Of a DNA stretch of 64,000 nucleotides, positions 1 to 9,191 are shown in pieces. Origin of the DNA: a phage; NCBI GenBank assembly GCA_025677605.1, contig GCA_025677605.1_4110.1; one strand, given 5' to 3'. Position 1 is the first letter of the stretch, and every line of letters begins with the position of its first letter. The position numbers were made by a program, and so were the translations under genes. The notes below the pieces were generated by a model, which worked only from the letters and a program-made list of their open reading frames with translations, ran no database searches and was not told where the DNA came from.

Positions 1-48
1 AAAAAAAAATAGACACTCCACAATGTTCCTCGTGGAATGTCTCTATTA
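1..48 (-). terminator. Putative hairpin terminator downstream of gene 80..640
   Basis: Imperfect inverted repeat ATAGACACTCCAC...GTGGAATGTCTCTAT preceded on plus strand by A9 (U-tract on minus-strand RNA); resembles the hairpin at 733-774. Confidence 0.3.
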
Positions 49-79
49 TATCAGTACTTCTCAATGTGTCCCAAAAATT

Positions 80-640
80 TTATGGTCTGAATGGTAAATC
101 AATAAATGGGGTTTCATTTAAATCTATTGCCAACAGTTCTGCACGGTATGCACGAACTTCTGCTAGATAAGCTTGAAGTAAGCGTGGGGTCGTTAGCATC
201 TTGATTTCTTCATCAGCCCAACGAACTGCCATGTCTATTTCTTGTTGTCGCATGATTGCATTTGGAACTATTGTATCATTATACAACATATAATTCCACG
301 GATTCTCTAAGAAATCATCAGGTATGATACTTATATCTACAATATACAAATCATGATTTACAGGAGAGAGTCTATCAATTTCCGAACTAGCACTGGCGAT
401 GTAATTATTATTTGGATCTCCATCCCCGCGATAAGCTACAAGAAAACCACAAACATTGGACAATTTCATTAATTCATCACGCAATTCATACCAATCATTG
501 CCATTTTCATCTCTATAAAATGAAAATGAATATTCAGATTCTGGATAATACTGTTCCCAACCTCTATAAATTAACATGTATATAAAACCCCTCTTTTGAC
601 TGTAAATTATTAAAAATAAAATAAAAAAACTTATAAACAA
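80..640 (-). CDS. Tail fibre assembly (Tfa-like) chaperone; true start probably the internal Met (MLIYRGW, ~577)
   Basis: C-terminal segment WADEEIKMLTTPRLLQAYLAEVRAYRAELLAIDLNETPFIDLPFRP resembles the conserved C-terminus of caudoviral tail-fibre assembly proteins; first 21 codons are hydrophobic junk with no RBS. Confidence 0.45.
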   Translation of the reverse strand: MFISFFILFLIIYSQKRGFIYMLIYRGWEQYYPESEYSFSFYRDENGNDWYELRDELMKLSNVCGFLVAYRGDGDPNNNYIASASSEIDRLSPVNHDLYIVDISIIPDDFLENPWNYMLYNDTIVPNAIMRQQEIDMAVRWADEEIKMLTTPRLLQAYLAEVRAYRAELLAIDLNETPFIDLPFRP

Positions 641-732
641 AATAGAGCACTGTACTTAATAGTTTTCTACTCTGTACATAAGCATTGATATTTATTTTAA
701 TTTAATAAAAATACATCCAATTTAAAGGGATA

Positions 733-774
733 AAAATAGACACACTACCTAAATGAGTAGTATGTCTATTTTAT
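733..774. terminator. Hairpin terminator between gene 778..1233 and gene 80..640
   Basis: AAAATAGACAC-ACTAC...GTAGT-ATGTCTATTTT long inverted repeat flanked by A/T tracts. Confidence 0.45.
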
Positions 775-777
775 GTA

Positions 778-1233
778 TTATAGTAGATTTAGTACTTCTT
801 TAAGATCAGAGATTAGCTTCTCGTACTCAGCAGCTTCTTCAGTGCTCAACATATCGAATTCTTTCTTCATGTCCAGTACTTTTTTACGTTCACTCAAATC
901 ATTGAATATTTGTTGTGGGGTAGGTTTACGAGGTGGTCTTTCAGAAAAAGTGCCATCTTCTTCATGATATATTTTTCCTCTTAGTTCATGTCCATCACCA
1001 TCATATTCAATTTCATATACACTAGCATCCACTGGATACATCATAGTAATATCACGTGTTGCATTGCAAACTATATTATTTTTATCAACCACAATTTTCA
1101 TTGTATTTTCGGAAAATAATTTTTGAGAATCATACCAATCCATTCCACATTCTGAAATTAAAAAAGCAACATTTAATTTTTTTAATTTAGGGTCATTACC
1201 TTCATATGATTTAAAATTTTTTAAAGTTATCAT
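778..1233 (-). CDS. Hypothetical protein, possible tail-fibre chaperone (sits directly after the fibre gene)
   Basis: 151-aa ORF starting 4 nt after the fibre gene stop; acidic coiled C-terminus; call is by position only. Confidence 0.3.
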   Translation of the reverse strand: MITLKNFKSYEGNDPKLKKLNVAFLISECGMDWYDSQKLFSENTMKIVVDKNNIVCNATRDITMMYPVDASVYEIEYDGDGHELRGKIYHEEDGTFSERPPRKPTPQQIFNDLSERKKVLDMKKEFDMLSTEEAAEYEKLISDLKEVLNLL

Positions 1234-1236
1234 AAA

Positions 1237-2847
1237 TTATCCGTTTATATTTCTCCAGCTACCATCAACCAAAATTTGTATAAATTTATAATTCACACCA
1301 CCAATGTTATCAGCAGAGTTTTTACCAACATCTTGTACATTTATACCACTTAGTACTGCACCTGATGGACACACAAAGTGCCATGATAACTCATTACCAC
1401 CCGGCCAATAATAATCTTGATTGAAAAAACGTACATCTTGTACTGATCCGACAGATATATTTACATTACCGTCAGAACCAGCAGTTGAGCCGTTAACAGA
1501 ACGTACTATATGTTTCGTTCCGACAGTTGCTGATGCTGCGTTAACTGTTAATGAACCTGGAATATACAAAGAACCACCACTGTTAACTGTTACAGCACCA
1601 CCACCAGCACGAAGTCTTAGTTCATTACCTTGGAAGTATACTGCTGCACGTTCACCACCACTAGCGTTCTGGAAGAATAAGTACAAATCACCACCACCAC
1701 GAATACCAGCACGGTTAGCAATGTATAATTCACCAGACATTGTATCACCAGTTTTACGAACAAAACGATCATTTGCAGTATTTTCGCTCATCGCAACAGA
1801 TGGTTCGGAAATGTTATACAAAATTGCAGTGTTAAAGTGTGGTACGTCAATACCTGTTACTGTATGGTTATGGGTTATTGTGCGTGCATTCGCATCATCA
1901 TAAATTGGTTGTGAAGTTGATAATGCAGTTGCTGCATTGTTACCATCTACACTAAACTCCATACGGGCATTCTTATCACCAAAGATTGCAGGACCACGAT
2001 AGCCTCTACCATCATTCCATGCTCTACCACTAATGAAAACAGCATCATCCGCATCACTACCGTTAGTACCTAACATTTTACCAGTACCGTGAATATGATC
2101 AGGTATTGTGAAAGTACTAGGTGTTAATGAACCACCACCTGCTATCATTGCGTCAGTTTTGGTAATACCACTAGTTGTTATACTTCTTAAATATCCATCA
2201 CGGTTCAAGTTTGGTACTTGTTTCTTTATTGGACCATTAGTTCCTACCCATTCCCACCACATACCATCAGCAAAACACCAACCATCAGATGTTTTCCACG
2301 GTTTTGCCTGTGTGCCTTCTCTTCCATTCTGTCCACCAGTACTACCCGACATTTGTTCACGTATACTATCAACTGTTTGTCCAGATGTCAAGCTATAATG
2401 CATAATACATCCAGGTTTAGCACTCGTGTACAAACCATTAGCACCTTGAATTGATGAAGGTGTTGGGAATATAATATTCAATGTAGTTCCGCTAATAGAA
2501 GCAGTTGGAATTGATGACATTGAATAGGTTACTCTATCAACCTTAGTTCCAAGTATAGAATTGATATCCTGAATCTGTTGTTCAATTGGTGCAACTACAT
2601 CGGCAGCACTTAACATTTCAATCCAGTTAGTACCATCATGATACTTCAAAGTAAGAGTGTTTTTGTCAAATACTATCGCCCCTGCTTCACCAACAGGCAA
2701 ATCCTGAACAGGTAGTATTACCGATGAAGAATTCATTCTAATTGGTCGAGGATTAGTTGGTGTACCACCTAGTACTATTAGATTCAATGAACCATTTTCC
2801 GCAGTACTGGTTACAGTATTCTGTGGATGATTAAAACTTATGCTCAT
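1237..2847 (-). CDS. Tail fibre protein with phage tail-collar-like domain
   Basis: 536 aa; Gly/Ser/Thr-rich; segment PWKTSDGWCFADGMWWEW...VPNLNRDGYLRS matches the tail-collar pattern (GWxxCDG ... LPDLRG); late-promoter-like element upstream. Confidence 0.55.
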   Translation of the reverse strand: MSISFNHPQNTVTSTAENGSLNLIVLGGTPTNPRPIRMNSSSVILPVQDLPVGEAGAIVFDKNTLTLKYHDGTNWIEMLSAADVVAPIEQQIQDINSILGTKVDRVTYSMSSIPTASISGTTLNIIFPTPSSIQGANGLYTSAKPGCIMHYSLTSGQTVDSIREQMSGSTGGQNGREGTQAKPWKTSDGWCFADGMWWEWVGTNGPIKKQVPNLNRDGYLRSITTSGITKTDAMIAGGGSLTPSTFTIPDHIHGTGKMLGTNGSDADDAVFISGRAWNDGRGYRGPAIFGDKNARMEFSVDGNNAATALSTSQPIYDDANARTITHNHTVTGIDVPHFNTAILYNISEPSVAMSENTANDRFVRKTGDTMSGELYIANRAGIRGGGDLYLFFQNASGGERAAVYFQGNELRLRAGGGAVTVNSGGSLYIPGSLTVNAASATVGTKHIVRSVNGSTAGSDGNVNISVGSVQDVRFFNQDYYWPGGNELSWHFVCPSGAVLSGINVQDVGKNSADNIGGVNYKFIQILVDGSWRNING

Positions 2848-2878
2848 GTAAAAATCCTTTTTTGTTTAATATATATCA

Positions 2879-2886
2879 TATTTATA
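2879..2886 (-). promoter_or_regulatory. Candidate late promoter (TATAAATA on minus strand) for fibre gene
   Basis: Plus strand TATTTATA about 32 nt upstream of the 2847 start codon. Confidence 0.4.
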
Positions 2887-2887
2887 T

Positions 2888-3196
2888 CTATAGTAAATCA
2901 TTTTCCATATCATCCAATACGGAATCAATAATATTTGCAGCTAACTTTTTAGGCATCTTGAACCATTCAGAGTTAGGTTGCCTTGTTGCATTCATTTGCT
3001 TTAATCTCTTATGCACTTCCTTTTCTGCTGTTCGTGCATCGTCAAACATAACCTGATGGTATACCTCAAAATCCCTGAATGGTGAAGCAGTCTGGTAAAC
3101 ACCTAAACGCTCTTTCATCTCTGATTTTGTAGTGAAGCCTATCTTTACATATTCAGGCCATGCACTATTAGTGATTACATAACATATTTGTGACAT
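2888..3196 (-). CDS. T5orf172 / GIY-YIG-like domain protein (stand-alone, 102 aa)
   Basis: CYVITNSAWPEYVKIGFT...ERL...SPF...EVYHQVMFDDARTAEKEVHKRL...SEWF matches the GIY-YIG-like T5orf172 pattern (IYxxxN, KIGxT, R, E..H, EWF). Confidence 0.6.
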   Translation of the reverse strand: MSQICYVITNSAWPEYVKIGFTTKSEMKERLGVYQTASPFRDFEVYHQVMFDDARTAEKEVHKRLKQMNATRQPNSEWFKMPKKLAANIIDSVLDDMENDLL

Positions 3197-3226
3197 AGAT
3201 ATCTCCTAGTATGGAGATATTTATTA

Positions 3227-3577
3227 TTAACTAATTCTGAAGTTTACACCCGCATCTATCAGGCGTTGAAATGGATTTTGAGGATCAAACTCGGATGGGG
3301 TTTTAGGAGTGTTCAGTACTGGAGCATCAGCATGTAACTTCGACATGCGTTCTTTGTATTTGTCAATATATTCTTCATACAACATGTCTTCTGAATCAGT
3401 ACTCAATATATCTTCTATAAAATGATCAGTACTGTAATCCAGACGATCATCATTGTAATACAACGTCTCCGTAGCCTCATCATAACCCACCAACGTTCCA
3501 TAAGGAACATTGATCTCAATTTTTGAGTACTGACTCTTTAAGTACTCTTCTTTTTTAAAAATGTATACAGTTAACAT
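3227..3577 (-). CDS. Hypothetical acidic protein
   Basis: 116-aa ORF, same strand and tight spacing with neighbours; no recognisable motif. Confidence 0.4.
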   Translation of the reverse strand: MLTVYIFKKEEYLKSQYSKIEINVPYGTLVGYDEATETLYYNDDRLDYSTDHFIEDILSTDSEDMLYEEYIDKYKERMSKLHADAPVLNTPKTPSEFDPQNPFQRLIDAGVNFRIS

Positions 3578-3601
3578 AGTGAAAGCTTCCCTGCTTAGTG
3601 T

Positions 3602-4708
3602 TTATTCAAATGTATTTACAATCTCCAGTACTGTTTCAAGATACTTAGCATCAAAAGTTTCTGTGAATCCTGATGGCAACTCTTCAGTAGTTACTACACC
3701 ACTATCAATGTATTGTTTCAAAAACTTTTCCAGTACTAAGGGTTTATGACCATCTTCAAAGTAACGTTCTACCAGTACAGTGTGTTCAAAATCAGAATGA
3801 CGACTTTGCTCATTTACACGGCGTTTCATATCGCCAGTGATTCCATACTTGTACACTGTCTTATCTTTATTAGTTAGTTTTTGAACATAGAAATATCCAG
3901 GTTTTGATGGCTGATATCCATATTCACCACATGATGGGCATCCTTTACCAGCCATATGTGCTTTTGGTTGTTGGGAGAAAACACCATGAGTTGGACATAC
4001 AATATCAACATAATTCTCGCTTATAGTATATTCAACCAAACTATAATCATACTTATGGTTATGGATAGGTGATACCAGTTCAATGAAACGTTCAGTACTG
4101 CGACCACCTTTACCGGAGCATGTACCACAACCAGTCTTACCAACAAGTAAAGTTTTCGGATCAACTGTCCATTCATGGTTACCCGCTTTACAATACACAG
4201 TTACTTTAGTTTTTTGATTTACATATACTGTGTTAGTTAAATCTAATGAATCACCATAATTTTCTTTTACTTTTTCTACGAATTCTTCAGTACTGTATGC
4301 TTCATTTTTATTACATATAGGACATCCCTTACCAGTAAGAAATTTGTTTGGTGTAATTTCAAAGTAATCGTTATGTTCTTCGTCTGTACAGAGTATTGTT
4401 ACTTTTGTTATAGCGTTAATGTAATTTAGTTTATCAAATTTGAATTTATCTTTTCCAAATTTAGTTTCTACCGTGCTGATAAATTTTTCGTTGTTCGAAC
4501 GCTGTGACATGTTTGAATAACATGAAGAACATGTACATGAAATGTGACGTAGTGCAGGTTTAGTATTTTCTTTTCCGCATTTATTACATTTAACTGTTGT
4601 CTTACTGGCTTTGAATACTAAAGTGCTGAAATCAAATTCACCATATGCTCCATACTTGTTGTTCATCTCTTCAATGAATTTTTCTTTGTCGATACTTACT
4701 TTTGGCAT
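3602..4708 (-). CDS. Zinc-ribbon repeat protein with C-terminal GIY-YIG/T5orf172-like domain (possible homing-endonuclease-like or DNA-binding protein)
   Basis: Repeated units F..G(K)GCP.C (FLTGKGCPICN, LLVGKTGCGTCSGKG, HMAGKGCPSCG) plus CNKCG...CTCSSC; C-terminus GYFYVQKLTNKDKTVYKYGITGDMKRRVNEQSR resembles GIY-YIG/T5orf172; own consensus sigma70 promoter. Confidence 0.5.
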   Translation of the reverse strand: MPKVSIDKEKFIEEMNNKYGAYGEFDFSTLVFKASKTTVKCNKCGKENTKPALRHISCTCSSCYSNMSQRSNNEKFISTVETKFGKDKFKFDKLNYINAITKVTILCTDEEHNDYFEITPNKFLTGKGCPICNKNEAYSTEEFVEKVKENYGDSLDLTNTVYVNQKTKVTVYCKAGNHEWTVDPKTLLVGKTGCGTCSGKGGRSTERFIELVSPIHNHKYDYSLVEYTISENYVDIVCPTHGVFSQQPKAHMAGKGCPSCGEYGYQPSKPGYFYVQKLTNKDKTVYKYGITGDMKRRVNEQSRHSDFEHTVLVERYFEDGHKPLVLEKFLKQYIDSGVVTTEELPSGFTETFDAKYLETVLEIVNTFE

Positions 4709-4743
4709 TTTATTTGTCTCTTTGTGATTTTTGGTATGTGGTA

Positions 4744-4772
4744 ATTATATATAATTAAAATCTACTTGTCAA
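4744..4772 (-). promoter_or_regulatory. Consensus sigma70-type promoter (TTGACA-17-TATAAT) driving gene 3602..4708
   Basis: Minus-strand reading: TTGACA agtagattttaattata TATAAT, about 30 nt upstream of the start codon with AAAGAGA RBS. Confidence 0.6.
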
Positions 4773-4783
4773 GCTTTTTTTCT

Positions 4784-4814
4784 GAAAAAAAGAAAAGGGA
4801 CTCCGAAGAGTCCC
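4784..4814 (-). terminator. Rho-independent terminator after major capsid gene
   Basis: Minus-strand RNA: GGGACUC-UUCG-GAGUCCC (7-bp stem, UUCG loop) followed by CUUUUCUUUUUUU. Confidence 0.6.
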
Positions 4815-4837
4815 TAGTATATTTAAATTCTTTATTA

Positions 4838-6013
4838 TTACATGAAAGTAACGTTTTTGATAGCGATTTTGCTGTAGTAGTCCGCAGCGTTACCTAGTGA
4901 ACTGGTGCTATCGGTCAACTGAACATACCCGTATCTGGTTAAGAAAGTTGTAACGAGTTCTCCAGTGTTAGGGTCCATAACAGTACCAGATGCCATTAGT
5001 GGGATGTATGGGCAATAGAATACACCAGCATCAGTTTCTGCATTACCTTTATAACCAATTAGAATATCTTCTACGTCACTTGCGTAGGTATCAACAAAGA
5101 TACGCATGGTGCTGTTTAGAGTACCAACGAATTTAACGTTAGTTGGTGCTTCAAAAGTACCTTCAGTAGTACGTGCAAAGCTAGAAGTAGTTGCAGATTG
5201 TAGAATAGTTAGAGCGGTTGGGGAAACAACAGCCCAGTTCGCAGCACCACGTTTGGTACGACGAGCAACTTCGTTCGCTTGACGGTTGATTAGGGTAGCT
5301 AGAGCAGCGTGCTCATCACCAACGAAAGTAGCAACACCAGTTACTTTAGATTGGTCATAAGTTACAGCAGCAGCACCTGGTAGAGCACGTAGACGGCTTA
5401 GTAGTTCTTGGTCGATTTCAACGGTAACTTCTTGTGCGATAGCAGCCATTAGTTCAGCTTCAACGTCGATACCATGTTGAGATTGTGCATCTTGTGCAGA
5501 TTCAACAGTCCAGCGTGCAGATAGACGACGAGATTTCGCTTCAACAGTTTCACGTAGGATACGGATGTTAACGCGACGACCCATAGTACCTTCTAGTTGG
5601 CTAGTAGGAGCAGCTTGTGGGTTGCTGTTGTCAGAGTTTAGCTCACCAGTGTAAGATTTAGCAATCTTGAATGGAGATAGCATTTCTTCGCCAGCTACAA
5701 CACCTGGTGCGTTGTCAGCGTATTGAACACGTAGAGTGTGGATTTGACCAACTGGGCCAGTCATTGGTTGAACACCGATGATTTCGTTAGCGATAACGGT
5801 TGGCATTACACGACGCATAATTGGTAGAATCACTTTGTTTAGAGTAGCGATGTTACCAGCAGAAGTTGCACCAGCGGTTGCAGATTCTTGTAGCATAACT
5901 TTACGATGGTTATCAAGAACGGTTTCCATTACGGATTTACGAGTACCTTGAAGACCTTCAACTAGTTTCTCTTTAACTGCTACCCATTTGGATTCATTTA
6001 GTAGTTGTGACAT
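4838..6013 (-). CDS. Major capsid protein (T4 gp23-like fold)
   Basis: LPIMRRVMPTVIANEIIGVQPMTGPVGQIHTLRVQY matches the conserved gp23/gp24 segment (…RR.IPNLIAFDICGVQPM..P.GQ…LR..Y, from memory); sits after scaffold and protease in canonical order; strong RBS. Confidence 0.85.
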   Translation of the reverse strand: MSQLLNESKWVAVKEKLVEGLQGTRKSVMETVLDNHRKVMLQESATAGATSAGNIATLNKVILPIMRRVMPTVIANEIIGVQPMTGPVGQIHTLRVQYADNAPGVVAGEEMLSPFKIAKSYTGELNSDNSNPQAAPTSQLEGTMGRRVNIRILRETVEAKSRRLSARWTVESAQDAQSQHGIDVEAELMAAIAQEVTVEIDQELLSRLRALPGAAAVTYDQSKVTGVATFVGDEHAALATLINRQANEVARRTKRGAANWAVVSPTALTILQSATTSSFARTTEGTFEAPTNVKFVGTLNSTMRIFVDTYASDVEDILIGYKGNAETDAGVFYCPYIPLMASGTVMDPNTGELVTTFLTRYGYVQLTDSTSSLGNAADYYSKIAIKNVTFM

Positions 6014-6059
6014 TATATTATCTCCTTAAAGATGTTATATTCGTTTTTCAGTATGTTAT

Positions 6060-6067
6060 TATTTATG
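6060..6067 (-). promoter_or_regulatory. Candidate late promoter (CATAAATA on minus strand) for capsid gene
   Basis: ccATAAATAata about 47 nt upstream of the start codon; part of an element shared with 8799-8890. Confidence 0.4.
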
Positions 6068-6105
6068 GTACTGAAAAAATTGATTATTAAAATGCTTTAA
6101 AATGT

Positions 6106-7224
6106 TTATTTTTTATTGATACCAGAAAGAACGTCGAGTTCTTTTAGGAATGCCATATCGTCAGCGGTCATTTCTTCGCTTTCAACAATAGCCTGACGGT
6201 TGCCAGTGATTACTTTACCTTCTGCTAGGGTTGTTTTCTTCGCTGAAGGTTGAACTGCTTGACGAGTGGTAGCAGATTCATTTACTTTAGTACCGTTAAG
6301 TACAGACTTATGGTACTTGCTGAAATCTTCTTTAAGCTTTTCTGTTGGAGAAGCAGCTAGAAGGGATTCCATAATTTGTTTTTGTTGACTAGTCAAAGGC
6401 TTAACCAATTCAGACATAATTGCATTGCGTGCCTGTGTATCTTCCATGATACGTAGTTTTGATTGAACTTCTTTAACTGCGTTAACAGATTCATTTAGTT
6501 CTTGTTTAACTTGAGCAATCTCATCTTCTTTAGATTTGATTGATTCAGTCAAAGAACGAAGTAGTGAATTCTCATTAAATTGTTTGGTATTAAATTCTTG
6601 AGCAAATGCTTCAAAGATTTTACGACCGAACATATTTTGTTTAGCTTCAGCAAGATCTTGTTTCAAAGCGTAAAGATTTTTCTGAGTGGTTTCTGCAATA
6701 TATTTAGCAGCACTTTCAGAGGTACGTTTGATAAAGTTATTACGTGCTTCTGCAATTTGACGAGAACCTTCAGCAAGTAGTTTTACACGAGCTTCTACTA
6801 GTTGACGTTTTTCGCTGTGGAATTCTTTTAGTTCTTCAGCTAGGATACCGTTAGAGAAATTAACGAATTTACCGAGGCTTTCTTGAACTAGTTTACGTTC
6901 GTTACGCATTTGTTTAACTTCTTCAGCTAGTACTGAATTAGCGAATTCAGAGAAGTTACCAAGAGTTTTACGGAGGGTAACGCGGTCTTCAACGAGACGT
7001 TTTTTCTCGTCATATACTGCACCCATTTCTTCAGCGATAACTTGAGTAACCATAGTGTTAAGACCTTCTGTTAGTTCAGCTAGGTCTTGTTTATAACGGC
7101 CTTTCATTTCTTCACGCATTTCAGCGGCTAGTGTGTTCTTTTCTTCATTCCATGCTTCCTGAATTAGCTGTTTTGCTTCATCAGAAAGAGATGATTCTTT
7201 TAGAAGCTTTTCTAATTTAGACAT
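6106..7224 (-). CDS. Prohead scaffolding protein (gp22-like)
   Basis: 372 aa, strongly alpha-helical / coiled-coil composition (E,K,L,A,Q-rich), located between protease and capsid genes. Confidence 0.6.
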   Translation of the reverse strand: MSKLEKLLKESSLSDEAKQLIQEAWNEEKNTLAAEMREEMKGRYKQDLAELTEGLNTMVTQVIAEEMGAVYDEKKRLVEDRVTLRKTLGNFSEFANSVLAEEVKQMRNERKLVQESLGKFVNFSNGILAEELKEFHSEKRQLVEARVKLLAEGSRQIAEARNNFIKRTSESAAKYIAETTQKNLYALKQDLAEAKQNMFGRKIFEAFAQEFNTKQFNENSLLRSLTESIKSKEDEIAQVKQELNESVNAVKEVQSKLRIMEDTQARNAIMSELVKPLTSQQKQIMESLLAASPTEKLKEDFSKYHKSVLNGTKVNESATTRQAVQPSAKKTTLAEGKVITGNRQAIVESEEMTADDMAFLKELDVLSGINKK

Positions 7225-7273
7225 TCTGTTCTCTCCTTTAAGTACTGAAATATCTGTACTTCAAATATACAAA

Positions 7274-7281
7274 TATTTATA
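7274..7281 (-). promoter_or_regulatory. Candidate late promoter (TATAAATA on minus strand) for scaffold gene
   Basis: Plus strand TATTTATA about 50 nt upstream of the 7224 start codon. Confidence 0.45.
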
Positions 7282-7292
7282 ATTTTAAAATG

Positions 7293-7913
7293 TTAACCTT
7301 TTAATTTCTTGAAAAAATCATAAATTTCAGAATCTAGTTTATTTACTGATTTAGATTCTGCGATTTTTTTAGGTCCATTGCAAGGTGAGCCGTACTTACT
7401 CATCAAAGACTCAAATACCGCTGTTGGGTACGCTTCGGGAGCACTAGGTTGAGCAACAATATCAATTGTGATAATTTCGAAATCAGAAACTATTCCATTA
7501 TAATCAACGTTACCGGAACCACGAGAACTTACACCAAGTTTTACACCTGCTTCGAGCATTTTACGAATATTTTGACCATGTGCAGTATCAAGTAATTTGA
7601 TTTCTGCCATCCCATTAGAACCTTCCATCCAGACTTTAGTAATCATTGCTGCTACACGGTCAAGGTTAATAGTCAAAGTTTCAGGGTGGTCACATTCTAC
7701 TAGAATGCTTTCGCCTTTAGCCAAACGTTGAGCCATATTATTAACAGCTTTAGCAATTTCGGCTAAAGGGTAAATTCTTTCGTTCAAATTACGCTGGTCA
7801 GCTTGAATTGCGATACCACGAAGATAGCAATCGCGACCTCCCAGCCCATTATCACGATGTTCCATAACAATTTGTGAATCATTGAATGAAGACCATTCAC
7901 GAATCATACTCAT
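7293..7913 (-). CDS. Prohead core protease (gp21-like)
   Basis: 206 aa (T4 gp21 is ~212 aa); position between portal/core proteins and scaffold; segment CYLRGIAIQADQRNLNERIYP resembles the gp21 family. Confidence 0.65.
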   Translation of the reverse strand: MSMIREWSSFNDSQIVMEHRDNGLGGRDCYLRGIAIQADQRNLNERIYPLAEIAKAVNNMAQRLAKGESILVECDHPETLTINLDRVAAMITKVWMEGSNGMAEIKLLDTAHGQNIRKMLEAGVKLGVSSRGSGNVDYNGIVSDFEIITIDIVAQPSAPEAYPTAVFESLMSKYGSPCNGPKKIAESKSVNKLDSEIYDFFKKLKG

Positions 7914-7943
7914 AATGATCTCCTTTCTTTGTTTTATTTATTA

Positions 7944-8798
7944 TTAGAATTTTGGTTGTGATTTTGGTAGTGGGGAACGAGACTTAGAAGAACCAGTGGT
8001 TACTTTCTTAACGTCTTTCATTACGCCTTTGCCGCTATCCATAACATTATTCATATCTTCTGGTACGGTGTGAGATTCAGTATCTACGCCATCAAATTTG
8101 TCATCAACTACTGGAGTTGAGTTTTTAGCGATTTTTACTGGAGCTACGCCTTGTACTGGAGATTTAGCTTGGGAAGCAACTGGGGATTTAGTATTTGCAC
8201 CAGCTTTTTCTTTCTTATCAACATCAGCAACTGCTTTTAGTTTGAAAGACTCACCAACTTTTTCATCACCGAATTGAACATCAGCGAAATCATCACCGCC
8301 GTCTTCGGAACCAACTTCTAGATCAACTTCTTCTTCGCCACCTACTGGTTCTTCAGCGTCTAGGTCAACTTCACCTTCGCCGGAGATTTCATCAAACATT
8401 TGTTGTAGGCCACGGAAAGCATCTTGAATGGAAGCCCATTGGTCTTCGGAAGGGACTTCTTCACCTTCTGCACCAACTTCACCTTCAGAATCTTCTTCAC
8501 CAGCTTGGAATTCGATATCATCTTCAGCACTCTTGTCTTCTTCACCAAGAGAATATTCGATTTGACTATTAAGACCAGCATCTGGGGAAACGTCGAAGTC
8601 TTCTTCTAGTTTCTCTTCTTTGTCGTCTTCATCGCAGCATTCTTCGTCGTCCATGCTTTCTTCTAGTTCTTTGTTAATTTCTTGTGCTTGTTCAACAAAG
8701 TACTTACGCATTTTTTTATCAGCTACATCTTGCTCGCCGTTAGCAAAAGCTTCGATTGCTTCTTGTAGTAGTTTTAAATTAGCCATTATATCCTCCAA
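7944..8798 (-). CDS. Highly acidic prohead core / internal head protein
   Basis: 284 aa with long D/E-rich tracts (EEDSEGEVGAEGEEVPSEDQ...), in the head-core gene position. Confidence 0.4.
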   Translation of the reverse strand: MEDIMANLKLLQEAIEAFANGEQDVADKKMRKYFVEQAQEINKELEESMDDEECCDEDDKEEKLEEDFDVSPDAGLNSQIEYSLGEEDKSAEDDIEFQAGEEDSEGEVGAEGEEVPSEDQWASIQDAFRGLQQMFDEISGEGEVDLDAEEPVGGEEEVDLEVGSEDGGDDFADVQFGDEKVGESFKLKAVADVDKKEKAGANTKSPVASQAKSPVQGVAPVKIAKNSTPVVDDKFDGVDTESHTVPEDMNNVMDSGKGVMKDVKKVTTGSSKSRSPLPKSQPKF

Positions 8799-8890
8799 AG
8801 ATATATTTAATTCCTATAAAGTATGATATTATTTAGTACTGAAAAAATTCGTCATTTTTAAAAGCGTTAAAAAGAGCGATTTTTAAGGTA

Positions 8891-9136
8891 TTACATCATT
8901 CCGGCATTAGCATCAGGTGCTGGTGCTGGAGCATAAACAACAGCGACTACATTATTTCTACGCTGTTCTTCATTTGCTTTAAATTCTCTGTACTTACGCA
9001 GATTGTTAAGTACTTGCAATGTGAGTTTGGGTTTTCTAGAATCCGTAATTTTATATACGGTCTGATCATCTTCAGGGTCGTACATAGAATCAGAATTCGA
9101 TTCAAAGATATCCTTTAACATGCTATCTCCTTGCAT
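8891..9136 (-). CDS. Small prohead core protein (gp67-like by size and position)
   Basis: 81 aa ORF between portal and core genes; positional inference only. Confidence 0.3.
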   Translation of the reverse strand: MQGDSMLKDIFESNSDSMYDPEDDQTVYKITDSRKPKLTLQVLNNLRKYREFKANEEQRRNNVVAVVYAPAPAPDANAGMM

Positions 9137-9191
9137 TAATATGAAGGGAATTTTTTACGTTCCCTTCATTTATATACATTGTTATTTATTA

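Noticed and set aside
1421-2454. Plus-strand ORFs 1421-1903, 2108-2398, 2218-2454 inside the minus-strand fibre gene
   Set aside because: Fully nested antisense to a well-supported gene; no start context; Pro/Ser-rich junk translations
8360-8826. ORFs 8360-8581 (-), 8424-8609 (+), 8620-8826 (+) within the acidic core-protein gene
   Set aside because: Alternative frames of a highly biased D/E-rich gene; Lys- or Ser-rich low-complexity translations typical of frame-shifted acidic tracts
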